From assembly GCA_020184695.1 (NCBI GenBank), contig JAANOX010000011.1:434001-498000 (forward strand): 64,000 nucleotides of DNA, given 5' to 3'. Positions 1 through 9,400 of the stretch are shown here, piece after piece. Origin of the DNA: Histomonas meleagridis 2922-C6/04-290x. Its lineage: Eukaryota; Protista; Parabasalia. A program made the position numbers and the translations under genes. Numbering within the stretch: the stretch's first letter is position 1; every line of letters starts with the position of its first letter. The notes beneath the pieces were generated by a model. It was not told the origin of the DNA and ran no database searches. It saw only the letters and a program-made list of their open reading frames with translations.

Positions 1-5
1 AAATT

Positions 6-1472
6 TTGTTACCTAAGTTAAAAGATTGTAGTGACTCAGCGTTTTCTAATTTAGAGAAACTCGAAACTATATATTTACCAAATCTTGAAATCGTTGGAAA
101 TAATATATTTAATAATACAGTTAATATTAAAGAAATACTTTTACCAAACGTCAAAAGTATTGGAAATGATTTCTTAATGAATTCACATTATATTAAAAAT
201 ATTACATTTCCAATTTTGGAATCTATTGGACAACATGCATTTGAATATTGTGAACGCTTAGAGACAATTAGTTTTCCGAAAATATCAGCTGTATCTGCGC
301 ATTTCCTATGTACATGTAAATCAATAACAGAAATTTATTTCCCTAATTTAACAAGTATCAATGAACATTTCGTACATTCATGTCCAAATTTGGTTAACAT
401 TTCATTACCGAAACTTGAGACTATCCAAGGAGTCTGTTTTGAAAATTGCTCAAAGTTAAGCGAATTAATATTAGAAGCTGATGAAGTTAAAGGTGATGGG
501 CCTATAATCAAAGATTGCATCTCATTACGTAAAGTTGTATTACGAAATCTCGAAACTTCTCCGACAGGTTTATTCGCTTTAGTTGATAGTTTAGTCGAAG
601 TTGATTTACCAATTTGTCATACTTCAAATGGTATGACATTTTCCGGATGTTCTAATCTTAAAACAGTTAATATTCCAACGTTAGGTAACTTAGCAGATTA
701 TGACTTCTATGCATGCTTTAGTCTTGAATCAGTTTCTTTCCCAGAAGTATATCGTGCATTAGGCGAAAGCTTCTTTGCTTATTGTACGAGTTTAGTACAT
801 GTTGAACTTAGTTGTTGTATTCGAATTGGGGAATATACATTCTCTGGATGTACTTCATTAAAGAATGTTAGCGCAGTAAGTTTGAACACTATTGGCGGAG
901 GATCTTTTATGGGTTGTACATCATTAACAAATTTAACATTTTTGGCAGTGACGACACTTGAAGGCGGAAAGAATTTCTTCGGATGTGTTAACTTAGAATG
1001 TATAATTTTGCCGATTTTACATACTGTCCGTAATTGTTCTTTCGTCTTCGCGGGATGTGAAAAATTGGAAGTGTTACAATTCTCTTCAATCGTAATGGAA
1101 TTTGACAAAACATCATTTTGGAATTTGTCTCAAAATATTTATTTGTGCTTGAAAGAAGAAAATCAATACGCAGTATATTCAGATAACTGCAGACAAAATA
1201 ATGGAACAGATTGCGATAATTATTGGAATGGTATTAAAATTAATGTAGAAGATAACACGTTAAGAGATAAATGCAAAGGTTTGACAAATTTCAATAATGA
1301 TAATGATAATAAGATAGTTATTATTGTCGTGTCTGTTGTCGTGTGTTTAGTGGTGGTGGTGACTCCAATTATATTATACACGTGTTACTTGTATAGGAAG
1401 AATAAGAGAGAAAAAGAAAATATCGAAAAAATACCGCGAGTGAAAATTTCGATTTATGATGGAATATTATAA
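6..1472 (+). CDS. BspA-like (TpLRR/LRR_5) leucine-rich repeat surface protein with C-terminal transmembrane helix; 5' end lies outside the window
   Basis: Repeated LxxIxFPxLxxIgxxAFxxCxxL units; hydrophobic segment IVIIVVSVVVCLVVVVTPIILYTCYLY followed by a basic cytoplasmic tail; no ATG start within the window. Confidence 0.9.
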   Translation: MLPKLKDCSDSAFSNLEKLETIYLPNLEIVGNNIFNNTVNIKEILLPNVKSIGNDFLMNSHYIKNITFPILESIGQHAFEYCERLETISFPKISAVSAHFLCTCKSITEIYFPNLTSINEHFVHSCPNLVNISLPKLETIQGVCFENCSKLSELILEADEVKGDGPIIKDCISLRKVVLRNLETSPTGLFALVDSLVEVDLPICHTSNGMTFSGCSNLKTVNIPTLGNLADYDFYACFSLESVSFPEVYRALGESFFAYCTSLVHVELSCCIRIGEYTFSGCTSLKNVSAVSLNTIGGGSFMGCTSLTNLTFLAVTTLEGGKNFFGCVNLECIILPILHTVRNCSFVFAGCEKLEVLQFSSIVMEFDKTSFWNLSQNIYLCLKEENQYAVYSDNCRQNNGTDCDNYWNGIKINVEDNTLRDKCKGLTNFNNDNDNKIVIIVVSVVVCLVVVVTPIILYTCYLYRKNKREKENIEKIPRVKISIYDGIL

Positions 1473-1851
1473 ATTAAGAAGTAAAGATATAGTAAAATGG
1501 ATTAGTTAGAGTTTTCTTTAAAATTGTGTTTTTACTGTGTAAAAAATAGTTAGAAAAGGTTTCGCGATTTACTAATTTTTTAATTTAAAATTTTGGTTTT
1601 GAAAGTATTTTATTGATTATTAAGCTTTAGATTAACCTCATGGTATTTATGATGGTTATATTGTTTTTTTTAGAGGATACAATGGATTGGATTAATTTAA
1701 AATTTGAAACTTCGCTTTTTTAAAATACATATGAAAACAATCTTAGTTTAGTATTCGAAGATGATTATTGTGATCTTATGTTGGCTGATCAGCGGATTAT
1801 TTAGCGATTAAGTTTCGTTTGGTGTGCCCCAAATTCCTCATCACCAATAAA

Positions 1852-2814
1852 ATGGAATTCTTTGGCAATAGCTTCTCGACATTATCACACTATTTGCCAA
1901 AATCTACATCTGATTGGATTTTTCTTTTATCAATAATCCCAAAAACTAAAACATATTTTTGGATTTCTCGAATTTCATCTTGCTTTTTTGTAAGATCTTC
2001 ATTAAAAATCAAAAAGCCAATTTTTTCTCTACTACTTTCTTTGTTCATATCTACACTGATTCCAAATATTTTTTCTATTCTTAGAAATCGAAATTTCGCC
2101 ATTTTTGAAAACCCAAAAGAAGCACCTACGATTACATTTATATGGCTTTTCTTAAATTTTTCACCACGTGATATTATTTATAAAACATTATTAATTCTTA
2201 AACCGATACTTAATTTGTTTAATGCTTTCAATGATGCTTATAATCTTACAACCTGCATTGACTTGTCCATTAACTTATTTCCTAATTCATGGATAATCGT
2301 CATATTAATTAGCATATTAACAATAATCACAAAACGAATTATCGTCGGACTCATTTGTCAATATTCAATGCAAAAAGTAAATAACATTAGCCTTTCATTA
2401 TTTTCGAGCATAATTGGAGCATTTTCATATTATTGGTTCACAGATTATGGCCATATTTCGAACGAAATTTGGTTCGATAGAGAAGAAATGCGACTTTTTG
2501 TAATTTGCGGATTTTTGGTATTTGAAGTCATTAAAATGATATTAAAAGAAAACACATTAATTCATTTCGGTAACATCATTTGTGGTTTCATTAGTAAATT
2601 CATTTGTTATTATGGAAACTGCGGAAATGTAATTTATGTTAAACCAAAAGAAAAAATTGAAGAAAATGAAGAAAATGAAAATAGTGAAAAAGAATATAAA
2701 GAAAAATTAAAAGAAGAAGATAAAGAGGTACATAAAAGAGTAACAAAGCAAAATAATCAAAAAAAGCGGAACAGCCCGAAAAACAAAAATGTGAAAAAAA
2801 TGAAATATGAATAA
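1852..2814 (+). CDS. Multi-pass membrane protein, probable TRIC/TMEM38-like cation channel
   Basis: ATG at 1852; several TM helices; IWLFLNFSPRDIIYK and FPNSWIIVILI resemble TRIC-family segments (recognised from memory); charged C-terminal tail. Confidence 0.55.
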   Translation: MEFFGNSFSTLSHYLPKSTSDWIFLLSIIPKTKTYFWISRISSCFFVRSSLKIKKPIFSLLLSLFISTLIPNIFSILRNRNFAIFENPKEAPTITFIWLFLNFSPRDIIYKTLLILKPILNLFNAFNDAYNLTTCIDLSINLFPNSWIIVILISILTIITKRIIVGLICQYSMQKVNNISLSLFSSIIGAFSYYWFTDYGHISNEIWFDREEMRLFVICGFLVFEVIKMILKENTLIHFGNIICGFISKFICYYGNCGNVIYVKPKEKIEENEENENSEKEYKEKLKEEDKEVHKRVTKQNNQKKRNSPKNKNVKKMKYE

Positions 2815-3006
2815 AATATTTTATTTATTTAAATGCAAATTTTAATAATTATTTTATACTTTAATGGTTGCTAAGGATATTTAGCTAAATCTTTTGAAGA
2901 AATGTTTTTCAACGATAGAGTAAAATGAATGGAAAACCATCGTATTTATATTCAAAAACTGGAAGAATGAATTTTCATAAAATAGTTTAACTAAGAGGTT
3001 GTTTAA

Positions 3007-3717
3007 TCATAAAGCATAAACTGATCCAAAGATGATCAGTACTTGCGCAATATAATATGTGGATAGAGTGCCAAATCTATGTGGTCTCTTGAATCCCATA
3101 TCAAACACTGAAGCAAGAAGAATTGAATCAGATATTACGAAGAATACATATCCGACAAGACACATTATGAACGATGGGTGGTTGATGGGATATGTATATA
3201 TTCGTGCAGCTGAACATATGGAATTGTAAATTAAAATGATGAAATAAAGAACAGCAAAATATTCACGTATCTTTTCGAACCTGAAGTGAGGAACAAAACA
3301 AAGGAGATAAAGAATTGGTATTGGAAGAATATATAAGAATAAGATCTTAGGAATCTGGAGCCAATGAATATCAAAGAAAATATTTAATGCTACATGACCA
3401 ATAGCAAAAGAAAGTGCACCTAAAAATTGGAAAATAAAAGGTCTAGGAATAAGGAATGCATCACCTAACCATGTAAATAATGTATATGCGTACACTTGCC
3501 ACGTAAACACTCCATTCAACTGGGTTGCTACAAGGAACACTGAAGGAACAATTAATAATTTTGTTATGATAAAAACAGTGAAATTTTTTCCAAAAATAGC
3601 ACCCTTTCCACGTATAAGATTAGCTGACATAATTAAAAAATTTGCTATCAATAAAATTGTTGATGGTATGAAATATTGCCCAAATCCAAGTTCTTCTATC
3701 TTATCAAGCATTTCCAC
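3007..3717 (-). CDS. YhhN/TMEM86 (lysoplasmalogenase-like) membrane protein
   Basis: Motifs LGDAFL, GALSFAIGH, FFVISDSILL and TYYIAQVLI typical of the YhhN family; hydrophobic throughout. Confidence 0.8.
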   Translation of the reverse strand: MEMLDKIEELGFGQYFIPSTILLIANFLIMSANLIRGKGAIFGKNFTVFIITKLLIVPSVFLVATQLNGVFTWQVYAYTLFTWLGDAFLIPRPFIFQFLGALSFAIGHVALNIFFDIHWLQIPKILFLYILPIPILYLLCFVPHFRFEKIREYFAVLYFIILIYNSICSAARIYTYPINHPSFIMCLVGYVFFVISDSILLASVFDMGFKRPHRFGTLSTYYIAQVLIIFGSVYAL

Positions 3718-3941
3718 TTTTTAAAACGATGAACATTGAATTTTGAAAGCAAATAACAGTTATCCATAAACGATGTTTTCTCTGTGCAAACTTTTGAATT
3801 TTGGGGCGGCCCAAAAAATTCAATTGAAAAAATTCAGTCAAATACATCACTTTACGTTTAAACACATGTTTATATATAAAACACTCCGCATTGCAGAGCA
3901 AAGTTCATAGGCAGAATACAAATCAACCGTATTGGCATCTT

Positions 3942-5459
3942 CTAGATCAAATCAAAAACAATATTATTCGAATCAGTATTTTGATTATTATTTGTATTTT
4001 TTTCAGGCGTTCTTTCCAAATTTAAATTGTTCCCATTGTTCGTGTTTGTTGCATCTAGCATTGGTAGGTCAATTAATTGCTGATCATCAATGGGTTCGAA
4101 CATTTCATTTTGTGGAACTGAAATTGGTTCGAACATATCACTGTTTCTTTTATTAATTTTTTGATCTGTTTTTGTTTTAACAGGACTAAAAAGTTCTATT
4201 GGCGATTGAATTTTTGGAGAATTATTTTCACTGATTGGTTCAAATAAATCGGATCCAGAATTTTCTCTTCGATGTGAAACATCACAAATATGAGGACTGT
4301 TTGAAATTGGTTCAAACATTTCATCATTGTTTTGATCAATGAAAATTCCCCTATCTTTGATTTCACTATCTTCGTTCGAATTATTGATTACGGAAAAATC
4401 AGCTCCTTCTATGGGTGTTATTGGCTCAAATTCATCATATAGTTGAGGATCCTGATTGTACTGTGGCGAGATTGGTTCAAATTCTGGTTGCGTTTGCGAC
4501 AAGATGAAATCTCGACCATCAATTGGACTAAATTCAACTTTAGGATTGCCCTGCTGTTGACCAAACATGAAGTCACCATGGTCAATGGGACTAAACTCAA
4601 CAAGTGGCTTGTTTTGTGGTTCCAAAGATATCAATTCAAAATCAACTTTTTGCCTAGGATTTCCTGCAGGAAGCTTTGCAAATCCAGTGTCACTGTTACA
4701 CGTTGGGCTTGTTATAGGTGACATGTTTTTTGGTGGAGAAAATTGTATTAAATCATCAACATTATTTGTACTGTTTACGGCTTTGTTAAAGTTCTGATTG
4801 AACGGGAATTGGTCCAAAGTGTTTACGGTTGAAGAAGGTGGTTTTGCTCTTAAGTCATCAAAATTTGGATAAATCAATCCAGATAAAAATTGTGAATCAT
4901 CAAGCTCTAGTAAATCTGTTGACTTTGCTTGCTTTTGTGGGTTTTCATTCCATTCTATTAAGTCTTCTGACATATTAAATGATAAATCTTTTTGTTGTTC
5001 TTTGGAAACAACTTTTAAAGGGTTAGGAATAACCTTTTCAAGTCCAACTGCAGATGGTAGAACAAGCTGTGTATTTGATACTAAATGATTGTAAATTGAA
5101 TTTGCTAATAAATGAACTTCTTTTCTATGTTTTGATTTGGACCCACCGAAATACAAAAGAGAAATTGTTTCTATTTCAGGAATAAATGATTGTGCGTAAG
5201 ATAAGTATTTATCATGTGCAAGTTCAAGGCAAGCATAAAGAACTTTTAAACACCTGAACACAACCGAATCATCATTACCAAAATTATCAATTGTATTTAT
5301 TAAGTGTGTTACGACAAATTGACATTTTTCTGAATTATCTGCTGTCTTTAAAAGATTTTCCATCGAATTTTGGTTTGAGTTATGGGATGAAATTTCATCA
5401 ATTGTTCGCTTAATTAAATGAGATAAAGATGGAAAGTTTGTGTGAGATAATTTGGACAT
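3942..5459 (-). CDS. ENTH/VHS-like N-terminal helical domain plus long disordered tail with repeated F[ES]PI motifs (putative vesicle-coat adaptor)
   Basis: Helical ~130-aa N-terminus (VVTHLINTIDNFGNDDSVVFRCLKVLYACL); acidic N/S/P-rich tail with about 10 FEPI/FSPI copies and LLELD, LIEW, LIDL motifs. Confidence 0.6.
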   Translation of the reverse strand: MSKLSHTNFPSLSHLIKRTIDEISSHNSNQNSMENLLKTADNSEKCQFVVTHLINTIDNFGNDDSVVFRCLKVLYACLELAHDKYLSYAQSFIPEIETISLLYFGGSKSKHRKEVHLLANSIYNHLVSNTQLVLPSAVGLEKVIPNPLKVVSKEQQKDLSFNMSEDLIEWNENPQKQAKSTDLLELDDSQFLSGLIYPNFDDLRAKPPSSTVNTLDQFPFNQNFNKAVNSTNNVDDLIQFSPPKNMSPITSPTCNSDTGFAKLPAGNPRQKVDFELISLEPQNKPLVEFSPIDHGDFMFGQQQGNPKVEFSPIDGRDFILSQTQPEFEPISPQYNQDPQLYDEFEPITPIEGADFSVINNSNEDSEIKDRGIFIDQNNDEMFEPISNSPHICDVSHRRENSGSDLFEPISENNSPKIQSPIELFSPVKTKTDQKINKRNSDMFEPISVPQNEMFEPIDDQQLIDLPMLDATNTNNGNNLNLERTPEKNTNNNQNTDSNNIVFDLI

Positions 5460-5496
5460 GTTTGAGATTAAGTAAACTATTCAAAGAGTTTATAAA

Positions 5497-6147
5497 ATGA
5501 TTAATGCGAAATCGTATTTTTATAGGCTTGCAATTAATCATTCAATAAAAGAATTAGAAAAAATAATTGAAGCACCAGCACCAAATGCTGTTGCATTTCA
5601 TCCTTCGTGGAATATTGATGGAAATGTTCCTATTCCATTCATCATAAATAATCAAATTGAAATTTCATTTTTAAAAGAAGAATTCATAAACTCATCTGAT
5701 TTTTGTCAAATTCCAAAGACTGAGTTAAGGAGATGTCTTATTCCTGTCGATGGATTTTTTAGAATCCATAATCATAGAGCATTTTACTTTTTTAAATCAA
5801 GTTTCCCAATATTGTATCTACAAGCTATTCTTTCTCCAGATAATAAATTACAAATTATTTTAGACAATCTTAATTATAATGAAAACTATTTCAAAAGTTA
5901 CCTACCGATTGCAATGGATAAAGAAGAAGCCATTTCGTGGGTCAATTGTTCTCACGAAGATTTACCATACAGATATATAATTCTCGATTTTTATTCTGTT
6001 TCATATTTCAACATTGTTAACGGTCACACAGGAAAATCATGCATTGAGCCAACATATAATACAAATAAACCCAATTATTATCAAGATTTACAATCATTTA
6101 TAAAATCAGAAGAAAGTAAATTAATGGAACATTTTAGTTTACCATGA
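5497..6147 (+). CDS. Divergent SRAP-domain (HMCES/YedK-like) protein lacking the catalytic residues
   Basis: PSWNI, RRCLIPVDGFF, LPIAMDKEEAISWV and FYSVS...GKSCIEP align in order with the SRAP consensus; no N-terminal MCGR. Confidence 0.7.
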   Translation: MINAKSYFYRLAINHSIKELEKIIEAPAPNAVAFHPSWNIDGNVPIPFIINNQIEISFLKEEFINSSDFCQIPKTELRRCLIPVDGFFRIHNHRAFYFFKSSFPILYLQAILSPDNKLQIILDNLNYNENYFKSYLPIAMDKEEAISWVNCSHEDLPYRYIILDFYSVSYFNIVNGHTGKSCIEPTYNTNKPNYYQDLQSFIKSEESKLMEHFSLP

Positions 6148-6418
6148 AGATTTGATCTAATGTTTTCCGATCAAAAACTATTAAAGAATAATATAACATT
6201 TTATCATCAAAGGCATTGATAAACATGGTTTAAAATATATGTATTAATAAAAATTTATCTCAAGAAACATAAAAGATTTTGAAAGTTCTTAAAAGTCGTT
6301 TTGTGATTGAATTGAATGCTTTTTGATCGTTACTATTTATCGCCATTCAATTTTTGATTTTGTCATAACGACGATACAACGGTTTTATTCAAAAATCAGC
6401 TAAGCTCTGTAAAGCAAT

Positions 6419-9400
6419 ATGGATGAAAAGCTGGGTCATCCTCAAACATTTATAAAACAGAGAGACAAAGAAAAGTTTTATGGGGCTTCTGCTGTTCGAC
6501 AAACTATGCTAATTCGGCCTATGCAAGCTTTATTATTTTATAATACACTAGATATTTCTAAAACAAAAGAAATTTTATTAAGCTTGTTTAATTCAACTCC
6601 ACCATTCTTAGGCAATAGAACCACTCTAACCGGATTTCAATGGATGGTTCATTGTTTATTGAATACATATGGAATTTCAACAACTTTAAATATAGATCAA
6701 TTATATATTGAAGAACTCAAGAAAAATACAGATCCCAAAAGTGTTGAACAAATAAGACATTCCAAACATTTTTCAATGAAAGAAATTGAGTTTTTTATCT
6801 CATTTTCCAAACAGAATCATCCGTTATTTGAAGCTATGATTCATATATTTTCATCTTCCATAAGGTCTACTGGATATGATTTAATTTTCCAAAAATTTGG
6901 TATTCAATCATTTCCTTTACTAGACCATGAATTTATTAATCGGATTATTCCTACAGATCTTTCCAAAATTACACCCTCAGTTTTATTTGAAAACCATATT
7001 TCTTACATATGTACAGATTTATCAAAAAATTATCAAAATTCATTAGTTGTATCTAAACTGTTTTCAGACGTCAGCAGCGAAGATTATGTTTCTTGCCTTG
7101 CCAATGGATCATGTATTTTAAACAAACATTTTATAGATATTATCTATAAATCAATTTTTTCTTTTTTCATGAGTAATGAACATTTAAAAAGCCTTCCAAT
7201 CAACAGTAATTTCCCACATCTTTATCCGTGGATACTTGTAGCTGTTATTTCCAAAAGAATAAATAATAATATTTCATCAATTCTCCCAGAAATTGTAAAA
7301 TATATCGACCAAGATAGCTCAATTGCTTCTAATTTTCTTGTTAGAATGAATAATGACCTTATTTTTATGAAACAATTAAATGATATAACAGGAAGTATTA
7401 TTGAATGGTCAAACTTACAAGATTGTTCATTACCTTTTTATTTGATTTCATCTAACCTTCTTAGTCCTTTTAATCCGCAATTTTTTGCGAATTTATCTAA
7501 AACTCAATTATCAATGATATCAGATGATCATCGATTTATTGATTGTGATTTCATGAATTCTTATTATGCTATCAAAGATGCATTAGATTTGATCCATATT
7601 GATGACGAAAATGAGATAAATGTTCTTCTAAATGAAATAAACGAAATCATTTTAGCCATCAAGAAAAAACCGACAAAGCAGTCAATTTTGACAAGTTTAT
7701 TTTCTATCGTCTTTCTTCAAGAAGATGGAAAATTTATTTTTACATTAACAAAAGCACAAAAATTATTATCTACGATTTTATTATATTCACAAGAACCAGT
7801 TCTTAATAAAGTTCTTAAAGAAGCATTAAAGAAGATGCAAATTTTACGATGTGTTACAACTGAAGATTCATTAGAATCAGTCACAATTTCAATGAGTTCT
7901 CTATTAGTTAAAGCATTATTACAAGGCGATACATTAATTGCAGATTCTGTAGCATCAATAAATAGTGAATTACAATCATTACTAAATTTATATAAAATTG
8001 TAAACAATTATAAAAACACAAAAATTTTAGAATCATCACAACCACCAATATCATATTGTGAAATTGGTTTATCATTTTCTAATAAAGAATCATTAAATTT
8101 AATTAATGAAACAAATTTGTCAAAAGAAGTTAACGTTCTCATTCAAAATCGAATGAAAAACGATAAGAACGATATATTGAAAATAATTCCAAAGTTTACA
8201 AAGCTCAAAGAGATCACCAAACAAATTACACATTTTACGTCATGTGAATTTGAGCCAATAAATTATAAAAACAAAAATGATAAAATGTTATCAACATTTT
8301 TAGATTATTTAAATAAGTTAATACCATTTTTATTAAATTCAGGAATATCGAATACAATTTTTGACGCATTAACATTACAACATAAAGACATAATTATAAA
8401 TTTATTAAAGAAAAACAAATTTGAGGAAGCACAAATTATCTCTAAATTATATAACATTAATATTATTGATTTTGTATTACAGACATCTATCAATGAAAAA
8501 GATTTTGTTTATAATTTGTTTAAAGATTATCCACTTTTGAATGTAACGTATTCAATTTTGATAGAAAAGAAGAAACCACAAAACGTATCAAAAATAATTT
8601 CGAATTATTTTGATAAATTTATTCAAAACACAGAAACAACAACAAACGAAATGAATCTAAATGATAAATTAGAAAATTGTTTTAAAGATCTTACTCAAAT
8701 TGATTATGAAACAATTATAGATATTAGTTATATTATTAATGAAAATGATTTTGTTTCAATAGTTACAAAATATTTACCAGAAATTGATATTTTAGAGTTT
8801 ATTGATAAATGTTTAGTCAATTGTTATTGTGATGTGACATTCTATGAAAAAGTGAACACGTTAGGAACGATAGAACGACTTCACATTAAACCGTTTCCTC
8901 CCTCAGAATGTCTGAAGACGTTAATTACAAATCAACATTATAATGAAGCCAAAGAATTTCTTAAATATTATTATTATGAAATCGACACGATAACAATTAT
9001 ACGAAAAGAGATATTAAACGAGTTAAAAAGTGACAATTATCCCAAAGAATTATTTGAATTAATTAGAAATCATCAAAACGAATTAATCCAAACATTACCC
9101 ATTAAATATCAAACGTTATTAGAACAAAACCAATTAAGTCATGAATACAAAGTGCCCAACACATGGGATATATTCACGGCTAATCCAATATTATTAATCA
9201 AGAAGAACATTAATGATATTACTAATGTTAAAACTTTTTTAACATTAAATGAAACAATTGATTTCGATATCGAATTCATTAATATGATCAAAACTTATGG
9301 AATAACAAAGAATGACTCAATATCAATGAATGTTATAGAGATACATAAAATTATTCATAACTTTCATACTGTATTTCGGAATCATGAAAAAGTATTTCAA

